A stretch of 64,000 nucleotides of DNA from an uncultured delta proteobacterium (GCA_963826785.1 CAWGYD010000004.1:384001-448000), one strand, 5' to 3'; shown: positions 11,161 through 21,641, counted from the stretch's first letter. The notes: generated by a model from the sequence alone, not told the origin. A program made the numbers and translations.

Positions 11161-12112
11161 ATCTGAATGCCAGCAGTACGCCGGCGGTTCCCACCAGGTT
11201 CAACAGGCTCACCGGCAGCAGGATTTTCCAGGCCACCGCCATGAGCTGATCATAGCGGGGCCGGGGCAATGCCGCCCGCATCAGGATAAAGCCGCACGCA
11301 AACACGAACATCTTGATCAGAAACCAGACGACCGGCGGCAGAAAAGGGCCCAGCCATCCGCCGAAGAACATCGTGGTGATCAGGCACGAGATCAGCAGGA
11401 TGCTCAAATATTCGCCCACGAAGAAAAGCCCGAATTTCATTCCCGAATACTCGGTGTGGTAGCCGGCCACCAGCTCGCTTTCCGCCTCGGGAAGATCGAA
11501 GGGAAGCCGGTGGGATTCGGCCAGGCCGGCAATCAAAAAGGGCACCATGCCGAGAAACTGGGGGCCGCAGAACCACATCCCCTTCTGGGCCTCCACGATT
11601 TCGACCAGGTTGAAGGAGCCGGTCATCATCACCACTCCCATGAGGGACAGGCCCATGAACACCTCGTAGCTGAGCAGCTGGGCAGCGGCCCGCACCCCGC
11701 CCAGCAGGGAATATTTGCTGTGCGACGCCCATCCTCCCAGGATCACGCTGTAGACGCCCAGGGAGAACATGGCCAGGAAGAAGAGCACCCCGATGTTGAG
11801 ATTGGTGATGAAAATGTCCTGGGCAAAAGGCACCACGGCAAAGGAGAGCAGAACGGTCATCAGCAGTATGGCCGGCGCCGCGATAAACACCATCCGGTCC
11901 GCAAAAGGCGGGACCCAGTCCTCCTTGAAAAAGATCTTGAGCATGTCCGCCACCACCTGAAGAAGGCCGAAAGGCCCCACCCGGTTGGGTCCGTACCGGT
12001 CCTGCCACACCCCCAGCAGGCGCCGCTCCACCCAGATCATCATGGCGCTTCCCGTCAGGGCGAAGATCAGGACCCCGAATACGATCAGCAGGTGACGCAG
12101 TATTTCAGGCAT
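11159..12112 (-). CDS. nuoH: NADH-quinone oxidoreductase subunit H
   Basis: ERR..QDRYGPNRVGPFG, KYSLLGG.R, SYEV, RLPFDLPEAESELVAGYHTEYSG; start placed at MPEIL after a GGAGG RBS. Confidence 0.95.
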   Translation of the reverse strand: MPEILRHLLIVFGVLIFALTGSAMMIWVERRLLGVWQDRYGPNRVGPFGLLQVVADMLKIFFKEDWVPPFADRMVFIAAPAILLMTVLLSFAVVPFAQDIFITNLNIGVLFFLAMFSLGVYSVILGGWASHSKYSLLGGVRAAAQLLSYEVFMGLSLMGVVMMTGSFNLVEIVEAQKGMWFCGPQFLGMVPFLIAGLAESHRLPFDLPEAESELVAGYHTEYSGMKFGLFFVGEYLSILLISCLITTMFFGGWLGPFLPPVVWFLIKMFVFACGFILMRAALPRPRYDQLMAVAWKILLPVSLLNLVGTAGVLLAFR

Positions 12113-14834
12113 GATCTTTCCTCCTTTGGATCGAGACCACCTCCCGCTTAAAAGCCCCCTGGCGTTTTGTGAGCCCGACCGGAAGCCCGGCGGTTTGGGC
12201 TGCAAGGCCGGGCATGATCCGCACCGGCAGGTCCAGCACCGTTTCTCCCAGTGTGACGCTCACCATGTCTTCGGCCTCGATTCCCATAGACGCCGCATCC
12301 TCGGGGGAAAGCGCCAGATAGGGGGCCGGAGCCCGGGCTGCGATACCGGGTGCATGCATGCTCAGTTCTTCCGAGCCGAATACGTGGTGGATGGGGACCA
12401 GGTGCCGCTGATTCTCCCCCAGTTTCCGGATCGGCGGGATATTTGAAAAATATGCGCCTTTTTCTTCCGGGGAGCTCTTGAGCAACTTGTTTCCCGCGCT
12501 TCCGCCGCGCAGGGGCCCGGCGATTTCCTCCTGGAATTTTTTGAGCGACTGCACCGAATTCCATCCGGGCCACCAGAACCGGGGGATCAGGGCGGCCGGG
12601 GGGAGGGGCGCTTCGTGTCCTTCCATGGAAAAGACCAGGGGCGCATCACGGTCATTTGCCGGCGGAAATTCATGGACGTTGACATTTGCGTGCATGGCGG
12701 TCCGGCCGCTGTAGCGATGACTCTGGCGCGGGACTTTGCGGCCCACGATGCGAAAGGCTGCATCCGGCGCTGCTTTTGCCGGATCGGCCCCCTCCGGCAG
12801 GGATGCGGTCATGGCGGCCAGCACATCATCGATTGTCTGCCATTTCCCGACCGGGAGCCGGCCCGCGGCAGAGGCCATATCCCGAATCCAGCGCCAGCTG
12901 TCGCGCACGCCGTTGCTGGGGGCATATACCTGGAAATACCGCTGGGCACGGCCTTCATTGTTGACCAGTGTGCCGGTCGACTCGGCGAAAACCGTTGCCG
13001 GAAGCACCAGATCCGCCCGTTTGGTGGTGGCGTGCGCCAGGTGGTCCAGGCAGATGACATGCCGGGCGGCGGCCAGGATTTTTTCGGCCCGATCCGCATC
13101 GATCCGGTCGAACAGATCATTTTCCAGGATGACCAGCGTGTCGGCCTGCCCGTTTTGAAGGGCGTCAAGGGCGCTGTCCAGCCCCCCCCGCCCTCCCAGA
13201 AGCCCCAGTCCCAGGCTGTTGCACTCGTCAAAAGTGTAAAGCAGCCGTGCATCCAAACCCGCGGCATGCAGCGCCAAGGCGACATCGGCGGCGGCTTCCA
13301 GCAGGGGAAGGCTGCCATACCCGGTTCCTGAAATCACCATGGGGCGCCTGGCCTTGCCGAGGCCCTCGGCAATGGAGGCGGCCGAATCCCGCAGGTCATC
13401 GGGCAGGCCTTCTACCGGAGGGGCCGACGGATCCAGGAGGGAGGCCACCTGCGATCCCAGGCGCGCCATGTTGTCGCGGTCGGTGCAGCAGACGCGCTTG
13501 GCCACGTTATCCAGGCGGGTGGGATAGGCCGTGGCGATATATAAGGTTTCCTTTTCATATTGGGCGACTTCCCGGAGGCCGGCGTCGTCCCATGCCGGTA
13601 TCCGGGTGCTGCGGGCGATCCGGGCCGCCTGGAGGTGGATGAGCTGGCGCAGTTTCAATGCCAGGATGGGGGCGGTGTCGGAAACATTTTCTCCCAGCAC
13701 GAATACCGCATCCGATTCGGCGGCTTCCCGAAGCGATCCCACTGGAACGGGGCTCTTTGCGAGAATGTCTGCGGCCCGGTGCAGGATCTGCCAGTCCGGT
13801 TCGGACAACCCGGCAAAAAAATGATCGGCCCCGGCAAGGGCCTTTAGCATGAAATTGGACTCAAGGGAGGCCCGGGGCGATCCGATGCAGATAACCGACC
13901 GGGCGTTTTTTATCATGGCGGCGGCCATGGCCAGGGCGATGTCTTTATCGATCGGCTGCAAAGGCGCCTTTTTTTGCACGCGGCGCATGGGCTGGCGGAT
14001 CCGCTTTTCGCTGTTGACGAATTCATAGCCGTAGCGGCCCCGGTCGCACAGAAAGTAGCCGTTGATATCGTGGTGGTAGCGGTTGCGGATGCGCCGCAGT
14101 TCACCGTAGCGTTCGCCGGGGATGGTGTTGCACCCCAGGCTGCAGTGGACGCAGACCGAGGGGGCGGTCTGAAGGTCCCATTTTCGGGTGTAATGGCGCT
14201 TTAAGGTCTTGTCGGTGAACACCCCGGTGGGGCAGACCTCCACCAGGTTTCCGGAAAACTCGTTTTCCAGGGTGCCGCTTCCGGACCGGCCGAAAAAAAC
14301 GTGATCATGGCAGCCAAAGGCGTTGAGATCCCGGCCGCCGGCATAATCGCGGTAAAAACGGACACAGCGGTAGCACTGGATGCAGCGGTTCATCTCGTGG
14401 TTGATGAAGGGGCCCAGATCCTGGTTGCGATAGGTGCGTTTGTTGAAGCGGTAGTGCCGGTAGTTGTGGCCGGTCATCACCGTCATGTCCTGGAGATGGC
14501 ATTCCCCCCCTTCGTCGCAGACCGGGCAGTCATGGGGGTGGTTGACCATCAGCCACTCGATAATGCTGGCCCGGAACTGCCGGACCTCTTCGTCGTCAAT
14601 GGAAATCCGGGTGCCGTCTTCGGCCGGAGTCATGCAGGACATGACGATGCGGCCCTTCTTGTCGTCTTCATCCTTGAACTGCTTGACCGCGCACTGGCGG
14701 CAGGCCCCCACCGACCCCATGGCCGGATGCCAGCAGAAATACGGGATGTCAAAGCCCAGGGAAAGGCAGGCATTGAGCAGGTTCTGGCCTTCCTTCACCT
14801 CGTAGGGTTTGTCATCGATGTAGATGGTCGGCAT
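12105..14834 (-). CDS. nuoG: NADH-quinone oxidoreductase subunit G (long, E. coli type)
   Basis: 909 aa; IPYFCWHP..GACRQC, HPHDCPVCDEGGECHLQD, CIQCYRCVR, CVHCSLGC (N7-type motif). Confidence 0.95.
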   Translation of the reverse strand: MPTIYIDDKPYEVKEGQNLLNACLSLGFDIPYFCWHPAMGSVGACRQCAVKQFKDEDDKKGRIVMSCMTPAEDGTRISIDDEEVRQFRASIIEWLMVNHPHDCPVCDEGGECHLQDMTVMTGHNYRHYRFNKRTYRNQDLGPFINHEMNRCIQCYRCVRFYRDYAGGRDLNAFGCHDHVFFGRSGSGTLENEFSGNLVEVCPTGVFTDKTLKRHYTRKWDLQTAPSVCVHCSLGCNTIPGERYGELRRIRNRYHHDINGYFLCDRGRYGYEFVNSEKRIRQPMRRVQKKAPLQPIDKDIALAMAAAMIKNARSVICIGSPRASLESNFMLKALAGADHFFAGLSEPDWQILHRAADILAKSPVPVGSLREAAESDAVFVLGENVSDTAPILALKLRQLIHLQAARIARSTRIPAWDDAGLREVAQYEKETLYIATAYPTRLDNVAKRVCCTDRDNMARLGSQVASLLDPSAPPVEGLPDDLRDSAASIAEGLGKARRPMVISGTGYGSLPLLEAAADVALALHAAGLDARLLYTFDECNSLGLGLLGGRGGLDSALDALQNGQADTLVILENDLFDRIDADRAEKILAAARHVICLDHLAHATTKRADLVLPATVFAESTGTLVNNEGRAQRYFQVYAPSNGVRDSWRWIRDMASAAGRLPVGKWQTIDDVLAAMTASLPEGADPAKAAPDAAFRIVGRKVPRQSHRYSGRTAMHANVNVHEFPPANDRDAPLVFSMEGHEAPLPPAALIPRFWWPGWNSVQSLKKFQEEIAGPLRGGSAGNKLLKSSPEEKGAYFSNIPPIRKLGENQRHLVPIHHVFGSEELSMHAPGIAARAPAPYLALSPEDAASMGIEAEDMVSVTLGETVLDLPVRIMPGLAAQTAGLPVGLTKRQGAFKREVVSIQRRKDHA

Positions 14835-14848
14835 CGGTTATCTCCGGT

Positions 14849-16123
14849 TTATTGAAAAGGGCAGCGCTGATCTCGGATATGGGCCCAAAAATCGTCTTCG
14901 AAGAATTTCAGAGCGCTCTGCAGCGGCTCCATGGCCCCCGGGGCCAGCATGCAGAAGGTGTGTCCCGGCCCCAACAGCTTCGTGTGCCGGCGCAGCATGT
15001 CCATGTCCTCGGGCCGCCCCTGGCCGTTTTCAATGGCGTTAAGCACCTTTGCGATCCAGGGAAGCCCTTCCCGGCAGGGGGTGCACCAGCCGCAGGACTC
15101 CTGGGCGAAAAATTTCATCAGGTTGTGCACCATTCCCACCGGACAGGTCCTGTCGTCTAAAATCACCATGGTGCCGGTCCCCATCCGGCTGCCCGCCTTC
15201 TGGGTGGCGTCGAAATCCATCTGCACGTCCAGGTGCTCCTCCACCAGGAATTCGGTGGACCCCCCGCCCGGGATGACCCCCCTGAATTTGTAGCCGTCCT
15301 GCATGCCGCCCGCATGCTCCTCGATGAGTTCCCGTATGGTCACCCCCATGGGAAGCTCCCACCCGCCGGGTTTTTTGACCCGTCCGCTGGCCCCGAAAAG
15401 CTTGGTGCCGCCGTTGGCCGTGCGGCTGAGTCCGCGGAACCAGTCCGAACCGTTCATGACAATGTGGGGGACATTGCAGAGGGTCTCCACGTTGTTGGTC
15501 ACCGTGGGTTTTCCCCACAGACCCACCACCGGCGGGAAGGGCGGCTTGTTGCGGGGAATCGCCCGTTTTCCTTCCAGAGAATTGAGCAGGGCGGTCTCTT
15601 CGCCGCAGATATAGCGCCCGGCGCTGATATGAAGATAAAGCTCCAGGCTGCGCCCCGAACCCAGGATGTTTTTCCCCAGGTAATTTGCGCGATAGGCTTC
15701 GGCGATCGCTTTTTTAAGATACCGGGCGGCCTTCACATAGGCGTGGCGCAGGAAAATATAGGCGATATCGGCCTCGACGGCATACGCGGCAAGGATGATC
15801 CCTTCGATGAGCTGGTGGGGATTTCCTTCCAAAAGAATCCGGTCCTTGAAGGTGCCGGGTTCCATTTCATCGGCGTTGACCACCACGTACTTGGGGTGGA
15901 CCGCGTCCTTTCCCATGGGAACGAAGCTCCATTTGCTCCCGGTGGGAAATCCGGCGCCCCCCCGGCCCCGCAGGTGGGAGTCTTTCACCACCGAGGTGAC
16001 TTCGCCGGGGGCCATGCTGCCAAGTGCCTTTCGCAGTGCCTGGTATCCCCCGGTCTTTTCATAGGCGGACAAATCGAGGGGTTGGCCATCGGGCCGGATA
16101 TGTCGGGTGAGCGGCTGTTCCAT
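14849..16123 (-). CDS. nuoF: NADH-quinone oxidoreductase subunit F
   Basis: LRGRGGAGFPTG, NADEMEPGTFKDR, YICGEETAL, ESCGWCTPCREG. Confidence 0.95.
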   Translation of the reverse strand: MEQPLTRHIRPDGQPLDLSAYEKTGGYQALRKALGSMAPGEVTSVVKDSHLRGRGGAGFPTGSKWSFVPMGKDAVHPKYVVVNADEMEPGTFKDRILLEGNPHQLIEGIILAAYAVEADIAYIFLRHAYVKAARYLKKAIAEAYRANYLGKNILGSGRSLELYLHISAGRYICGEETALLNSLEGKRAIPRNKPPFPPVVGLWGKPTVTNNVETLCNVPHIVMNGSDWFRGLSRTANGGTKLFGASGRVKKPGGWELPMGVTIRELIEEHAGGMQDGYKFRGVIPGGGSTEFLVEEHLDVQMDFDATQKAGSRMGTGTMVILDDRTCPVGMVHNLMKFFAQESCGWCTPCREGLPWIAKVLNAIENGQGRPEDMDMLRRHTKLLGPGHTFCMLAPGAMEPLQSALKFFEDDFWAHIRDQRCPFQ

Positions 16124-16137
16124 GAAATCATTTCCCT

Positions 16138-16602
16138 TTACGCATAAGATGCCAGAATATCATCGACTTTAGATGCATCCGCGTCCTCGTACAGGTCTTC
16201 ATCGATCATCAGGGCGGGCGCGTGATGGCAGATGCCCAGGCAGACGTGGGGGAGCAGGGTGAAGCGGCCGTCTTTCGTTGTTTCACCCAGGCCGATCTGC
16301 AGCCGTTTCTTTAACGCATTCAGCAGCTCTTCATATCCCATGACCCAGCAGGCGATGCTGTCGCAGACGAATATCACGTGGCGGCCCACGGGCCTCCTGA
16401 AGATGCGGTTGTAGAAGGTCGCCACCCCGTCGAGCTCCTCGCAGGACATGTCCAGAAAGTTCGCCACCGCCTCGAGCAGTTCGTCTGAAACCCAACCATT
16501 TCGCCGCTGGACGATCTTCAAGGCATCGATGCCGGCTGCGGATTTGTGTTCGTAGTGGGAAATTTCCTTTTCGATTTCCGCGATTTCTTCTTGGGTCAAC
16601 AT
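16138..16602 (-). CDS. nuoE: NADH-quinone oxidoreductase subunit E
   Basis: VATFY, VCDSIAC, CLGICHHAP [2Fe-2S] ligands; start placed at MLTQEEI. Confidence 0.93.
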   Translation of the reverse strand: MLTQEEIAEIEKEISHYEHKSAAGIDALKIVQRRNGWVSDELLEAVANFLDMSCEELDGVATFYNRIFRRPVGRHVIFVCDSIACWVMGYEELLNALKKRLQIGLGETTKDGRFTLLPHVCLGICHHAPALMIDEDLYEDADASKVDDILASYA

Positions 16603-16631
16603 GCATCCATCCTGTTTCAAATAATGATCCT

Positions 16632-18383
16632 TCAGCGGTCCACGTCCGCCATGACAAAATCGATACTGCCGAGAATCGAGATCACGTCGGGCACCATCAA
16701 CCCCCGGCACAGCAGGGGCAGGGTCTGGAGGTGGGCGAAGGAGGGGGTCCGGATCCGGGTCCGGTAGGAATGGATTCCCCCGTCGCTCACCAGGAAATAT
16801 CCGTTCCACCCCTTGGTGGCCTCGATGAACACCATTGCCTCTCCCGGAGGGATCACCGGTCCCCAGCTCACCGCCAGGAAGTGGGTAATCAGGGTCTCAA
16901 TATCATGCAGGGTCCGTCCCTTTTCAGGCGGGACCGCCAGGGGGTGATCCGACTTGTAAGGCCCTTCGGGCATGTTTTTCAGGCACTGGGCGATGATGCG
17001 AAGGCTCTGCCGGATTTCCTCGGACCGCATCACCGCCCGGTCATAGCAGTCCCCGTGCGTTCCGGTGGGGATATCGAACTCGAACTGATCGTAGCCGGAA
17101 TAGGGCCGCTTTTTCCGCAGGTCCCAGCCCACGCCGCAGGCCCTCAGGTTGGGGCCGGTCACGCCCCAGTCGACAGCCTCTTCCGGAGTGTAGCCGCCGA
17201 TGTCACGCGTCCGGCTTTTAAAAATCCGGTTTTTGAGCACCAGTTTTTCATACTCCCCTATTTTTCCGGACATGTAGTCGAGAAATTCACGGACCATCCG
17301 ATCCCATCCCCGGGGCAGGTTCTGGGCCACTCCGCCGATGCGGAACCAGCTCGGGTGCATCCGCCCGCCGGTAATGGCCATGACGATATCCAAAAGACGC
17401 TCACGGTCGTTGAACATATAAAAAACCGGCGACATCATCCCCACATCCTGGGCAAACGTCCCGTAGTAGACCAGGTGGCTGGAAATCCGGAACAGCTCCA
17501 CCATCATCACCCGGATCACCTTGACCCGATCGGGCACATCGATGCCGGCCAGCTTTTCCACCGTGAGCACATAGGGGAGGTTGTTCATCACCCCGCCCAG
17601 GTAGTCGATGCGGTCGGTATAGGGGATGTAGGTGTGCCAGGTCTGGCGCTCCCCCATTTTTTCCGCGCCCCGGTGGTGAAAACCGATTTCGGGGACCAGG
17701 TCCACGATCTCTTCCCCGTCGAGCTGCAGCACCACCCTGAATACGCCGTGGGTTCCGGGATGCTGCGGGCCCATGTTGAGGAAGATCAGGTCCGTGTCCT
17801 CGCCCCGGCGCTTCATGCCCCACTGCTCCGGTTCAAATCGCATGGCCGCTTCCTCGGCCGCCTGTTTTCCTGGCGGCATCTGGAAAAAGCCCATTTCGGT
17901 GGCCCGGGCCGGGTGCTCCTTGCGCAGGGGATGCCCCTCCCAGGTGTTCGGCATCAGGATGCGCCGCAGCCGGGGATGGCCGAAAAATTCAATGCCGAAC
18001 ATGTCCCAGGCTTCCCGTTCGTACCACTCCGCATTGGGCCACAGGTCGGTGATGGTGGGAAGACCGGGATATTCGTCCGTCAGGGGCACCTTGATGCGGA
18101 TGTCCGCGTTGCGGTCAAGCGAGATCAGATAGTAGATCACCGTGAAGGTGCTTGCCGGCTGGTGTGCCCGGTGCATCCGCATCCGCTCGTCGATGGCACT
18201 CAGGTCGAACAGCATGCAAAACGGGTCCCGCAGCCCGGTCTTCAAAAAGCGCAGCACCTCGTGTACGGCATCCGGCGATATCCACAGGGTGGGCACATCG
18301 TCCTTGACCGGCTGCACCGTAAGAATGGACTCAAAAAACCGGTCTTTGAGTTCTGCTATGACATCGGGAGCGTTCGCCGACAT
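16632..18383 (-). CDS. nuoCD: Fused NADH-quinone oxidoreductase subunit C/D
   Basis: [18 protein letters not shown] (C part); [17 protein letters not shown], ending DFVMADVDR (D part). Confidence 0.95.
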   Translation of the reverse strand: MSANAPDVIAELKDRFFESILTVQPVKDDVPTLWISPDAVHEVLRFLKTGLRDPFCMLFDLSAIDERMRMHRAHQPASTFTVIYYLISLDRNADIRIKVPLTDEYPGLPTITDLWPNAEWYEREAWDMFGIEFFGHPRLRRILMPNTWEGHPLRKEHPARATEMGFFQMPPGKQAAEEAAMRFEPEQWGMKRRGEDTDLIFLNMGPQHPGTHGVFRVVLQLDGEEIVDLVPEIGFHHRGAEKMGERQTWHTYIPYTDRIDYLGGVMNNLPYVLTVEKLAGIDVPDRVKVIRVMMVELFRISSHLVYYGTFAQDVGMMSPVFYMFNDRERLLDIVMAITGGRMHPSWFRIGGVAQNLPRGWDRMVREFLDYMSGKIGEYEKLVLKNRIFKSRTRDIGGYTPEEAVDWGVTGPNLRACGVGWDLRKKRPYSGYDQFEFDIPTGTHGDCYDRAVMRSEEIRQSLRIIAQCLKNMPEGPYKSDHPLAVPPEKGRTLHDIETLITHFLAVSWGPVIPPGEAMVFIEATKGWNGYFLVSDGGIHSYRTRIRTPSFAHLQTLPLLCRGLMVPDVISILGSIDFVMADVDR

Positions 18384-18389
18384 GCCCTA

Positions 18390-18470
18390 ACACCCCCCTT
18401 GATCCCCCCCCAAGGGGGGAATAAAAAAGTGGGCACCAGAAATATCTTTTTTCAATCCCCCCCTGATGAG
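18390..18470. repeat. C6/G6 palindromic repeat family copy (right arm decayed) between nuoB and nuoCD
   Basis: ACACCCCCCTTGATCCCCCCCCAAGGGGGGA matches copies at 35547, 48837 and 51025. Confidence 0.75.
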
Positions 18471-18581
18471 GCAACAAAAGCCGCCCATCCTGCCGGAAAA
18501 ACAATGGAAACCGTTTTTTTTTGCCGCGCTGCATCTATCGGTGTGCAATGACCTGAGCCTTTTCATGGGATTCATCTTGTT

Positions 18582-19220
18582 TCAAACCTCGTCCGGCGGC
18601 CGCAGCAGCGTGGCTTCCCGGCGTCTTTCCCGGGCCTCGTCGCGCATCGAGGGCGCCGGCTCCTTGTAGATTTCCTGGGGACCGACCATGTAGCTCAGCG
18701 GCCGCCTTTCGCTTCCCACCGCTTTCTGCAGCAGTCCCAACCCCTGCATGAAGGCGCCGGGGCTGGGGGGGCACCCCGGGACGTAGACATCCACCGGCAG
18801 GATCTTGTCCACGCCCTGAATCACGGAATAGATGTCGTACATGCCGCCGGAATTGGCGCAGGACCCCATGGAAATCACCCATTTGGGTTCCATCATCTGT
18901 TCATAGAGCCGCAGGATCAGGGGGGCGCATTTGAGAAAGGGAGTTCCTGCAATGACCATCAGGTCCGCTTCCCGGGGAGATGCCCGGATGACCTCGGCCC
19001 CGAACCGGGCGATGTCGTACTTGCTGGTCAGGCTGGTGGCCATTTCCACATAGCAGCACGACAGTCCGAAATTAAACGGCCACAGCGAGTTCTTCCGGCC
19101 CCAGCTGACCAGCCGCTCAAGCGTTGAAAGGACCACGCTGCGCCGCATGGCATCTTCCAGCGGGTCGGTCTGCTGTCCGGGGATCTCCAGTTTCCCCCGG
19201 GAATTTTTTAACCACCGCAT
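18582..19220 (-). CDS. nuoB: NADH-quinone oxidoreductase subunit B
   Basis: [38 protein letters not shown]. Confidence 0.95.
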   Translation of the reverse strand: MRWLKNSRGKLEIPGQQTDPLEDAMRRSVVLSTLERLVSWGRKNSLWPFNFGLSCCYVEMATSLTSKYDIARFGAEVIRASPREADLMVIAGTPFLKCAPLILRLYEQMMEPKWVISMGSCANSGGMYDIYSVIQGVDKILPVDVYVPGCPPSPGAFMQGLGLLQKAVGSERRPLSYMVGPQEIYKEPAPSMRDEARERRREATLLRPPDEV

Positions 19221-19286
19221 ATTAAAATCGCCGAAATCTATGTGTTATTTGAAAAGGGTCAATACGGATTCATCAATACAATACTC

Positions 19287-19431
19287 GGTGTCCACTCAGA
19301 GATGGTGGATTTGGGTTCAGGCCGAGGCCGCAGGGGTTTGGAAACCGGAGGCGCAGCAGCGCTGCGTTGAGGATTTCCAAATCACGAGAACGAAGGCCTG
19401 GGCCCAAAGACGCCATTTCTGAGTGGACACC
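19287..19431 (+). repeat. ~145-nt long-hairpin structured element, copy B, between CBS gene and nuoB
   Basis: GGTGTCCACTCAGAGATGGTG/CGCCATTTCTGAGTGGACACC, TTTGGGTTCAGGCC/GGCCTGGGCCCAAA, TTTGGAAA/TTTCCAAA, GCGCAG/CTGCGT; same loop motifs as copy A. Confidence 0.85.
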
Positions 19432-19865
19432 TACTTCCATCCCTTGATGTAATCTTCCAATTGTTCGATGACGAACTGCTTGTGGGTAATGATCCCCTTG
19501 ACGATGTCGCCGATGGAAATGATGCCCGCCACCTGTTCGTTTTCGATTACCGGCAGGTGCCGCACCCGTTTATGGGTCAGCAGTTCCATGCATTCCTCCA
19601 GGTTCTTGTCCGGATCGACGGTAATCACTTCGGTGGTCATGATCTCGCTGACCAGCAGATCCTGGGAGCGCTTCCCCTTCAGGATGACCTTCCGGGCATA
19701 ATCGCGTTCGGAAATCAGGCCGATGATGCGTTTGTCCTTGAGCACCAGCAGCGCCCCGATATTTTTTTCGGCCATGATGCCCAGTGCCTCGTAGACCGTT
19801 TGATCGGGTGCAATGGACTCCACCCGGGTCCCTTTGTCCCTGAGGATATCCCTGACTTTTCTCAT
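19431..19865 (-). CDS. Tandem CBS-domain protein inside the nuo operon
   Basis: MRKVRDIL..NIGALLV..GLISERDY..VSEIMT..RHLPV..GIISIGDIVK; ATGA overlap with the nuoA stop. Confidence 0.9.
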   Translation of the reverse strand: MRKVRDILRDKGTRVESIAPDQTVYEALGIMAEKNIGALLVLKDKRIIGLISERDYARKVILKGKRSQDLLVSEIMTTEVITVDPDKNLEECMELLTHKRVRHLPVIENEQVAGIISIGDIVKGIITHKQFVIEQLEDYIKGWK

Positions 19866-20293
19866 GATGTCCCCCCCTTTGATTGAGGTTCCGATTTCCG
19901 GCGGGCCTTGAGATACCGGATCGTGCCCCAGTCCAGCGCCCCGTTGCGCCAGAGATAGACCAGCGCCGCCAGCAGGATGGCGATGAAAATGTTGATCTCG
20001 ATATAACCGGCCCATCCCAGGTCACGAAAAGTGACCGCATACAGATAGACGAAAATGGCCTCCAGATCGAAGATGACGAAAAACATGGCCATCAGGTAGA
20101 ATTTGGCGGCAAAGCGGACATTGGCCGACCCCGTCGAAACCAGTCCTGATTCGTATGTTTCTTTTGCCGCACCATCCCGCCGGCTGCGATGCTGACCCAG
20201 CACGGCGGAGAGTGCGATGATCAAACCGGTCAGGCCCGCCACGCAGAAAAAGTAGAGGACCAGCGGCCAGAGTAAAAGGTTTGACGAATTCAA
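19862..20293 (-). CDS. nuoA: NADH-quinone oxidoreductase subunit A
   Basis: YESG, KFYLMAMFFVIFDLEA, YLWRNGALDW; exact start uncertain (TTG). Confidence 0.92.
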   Translation of the reverse strand: MNSSNLLLWPLVLYFFCVAGLTGLIIALSAVLGQHRSRRDGAAKETYESGLVSTGSANVRFAAKFYLMAMFFVIFDLEAIFVYLYAVTFRDLGWAGYIEINIFIAILLAALVYLWRNGALDWGTIRYLKARRKSEPQSKGGTS

Positions 20294-20393
20294 TTACAGC
20301 ATCCTTCTATAGTAGACCAGAACCGGGTTATCACTGAAAATAATGACCACCGGGTCGGAAAAGTAAAGAAAAAGGTCGTAAAAACGACCGTTT

Positions 20394-21641
20394 TCAATGG
20401 GTGACCGTAAAGGTCAGGCCCGCGTTGGCGATCAGGCGGTCGAGCAGTTTGTTCCCCATGGCGCTGGCGGGCGTCCAGAATCCGCCCTGGACCTCCTTTT
20501 TGTCGATGTCCTTGAACAGGCAGACCGCGGCTTCTCCCAGCATCTTTCGGGTGGAGCCGTAGCCCGGATCGCGATCCCCCGTCACCGTGACCCTCAGTTC
20601 ATTTCCGCTGATATCTTTGCCGATCAAATGCAGTTTGTAAAAGCCCTTTTCCTGCTTTTCAGGGGAGGGGCCCTGCCCGGGTTTGGGCAGAAGGGTTTTC
20701 TTCAAAATTTCCCGGGTCGGCGCAAAAGCGCCTCCGACGATGAATGCCCCGACGGCTGCCGATAAAGAGGCGGCGCGAAGACGCCCTTTGATGCCCTGAC
20801 CCATGATCATGGCTTCATCATATTTGAAATCACTCCCATAGGGGTAGCGCATCAGGGCATTGGTCCGGTGCACGACCCGGGTGTTGACCGCGGCCATGAT
20901 GAACGGTCCCACCCAGCTGTCCACATCTTTATCGTATTCAAACAGATTGACGCCGGGCTGGCGGATGCCGCTTCGCATTCCCTCGGGCGCCAGGGCATAG
21001 GGATTTCTGACAATTTTGGCGACTTCAGGATCTTTCCGGACTTCCTCGATGATGTTTAAGATGCTGGCAACGGTCCCCCCGCTGGCCCCGCCGCGCATGG
21101 ACCTGACCCGCAGCTTCACCCGGTTCATGGCATGGCCGAATTTTTTATGCGCCTGGTTCTGCAGGAAGTACACCCCCATGTCCGAGGGGATGGAGTCAAA
21201 CCCGCAGGCCGGGACGATGCGGGCGCCGGATGCTTCCGCATCTTTCTGGTGCGCATTGATCATGCGGTGTATCCACTGGGTCTCCCCGGCCAGGTCGCAG
21301 TAGTCGGTGCCGTTGGCGGCGCAGGCGGCCACCAGCTTTGATCCCAGCTTCGCATAGGGGCCGACCGTGGAAACGACGAGCCTGGCCTTTTTCGTCATGG
21401 CATCGAGAAAGGCCTCGTCGAATGCGTCGCCGACGATTAAGGGCAGGCGGTCGTCGGCATTGAGTTCGCGGTGCACCGATTCCAGTTCCTGCCGGCTGTT
21501 GCCGCCCAGTGCGAAGCGGATTTCATCGGTTTTGCCATACCGCGGCCACACATAGGTCGCCAGCAGCTTTCCGATAAATCCGGTGGCGCCCCACAACACG
21601 ATATCCGCTTCTGGCAGGTCTTTTTCTTTTAGAGCACTCAT
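20394..21641 (-). CDS. Saccharopine-dehydrogenase-like NADP-binding oxidoreductase (trans-acting enoyl reductase family)
   Basis: GATGFIG, TVGPY, DYCDLAGE, CGFDSIPSD, SGGT, GDRDPGYGST. Confidence 0.85.
   Translation of the reverse strand: MSALKEKDLPEADIVLWGATGFIGKLLATYVWPRYGKTDEIRFALGGNSRQELESVHRELNADDRLPLIVGDAFDEAFLDAMTKKARLVVSTVGPYAKLGSKLVAACAANGTDYCDLAGETQWIHRMINAHQKDAEASGARIVPACGFDSIPSDMGVYFLQNQAHKKFGHAMNRVKLRVRSMRGGASGGTVASILNIIEEVRKDPEVAKIVRNPYALAPEGMRSGIRQPGVNLFEYDKDVDSWVGPFIMAAVNTRVVHRTNALMRYPYGSDFKYDEAMIMGQGIKGRLRAASLSAAVGAFIVGGAFAPTREILKKTLLPKPGQGPSPEKQEKGFYKLHLIGKDISGNELRVTVTGDRDPGYGSTRKMLGEAAVCLFKDIDKKEVQGGFWTPASAMGNKLLDRLIANAGLTFTVTH

Noticed and set aside
16731..18551. Long antisense ORFs (also 40166-42442, 43043-44638, 56865-58361)
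   Set aside because: Shadow frames of GC-rich genes on the opposite strand, with no motifs.
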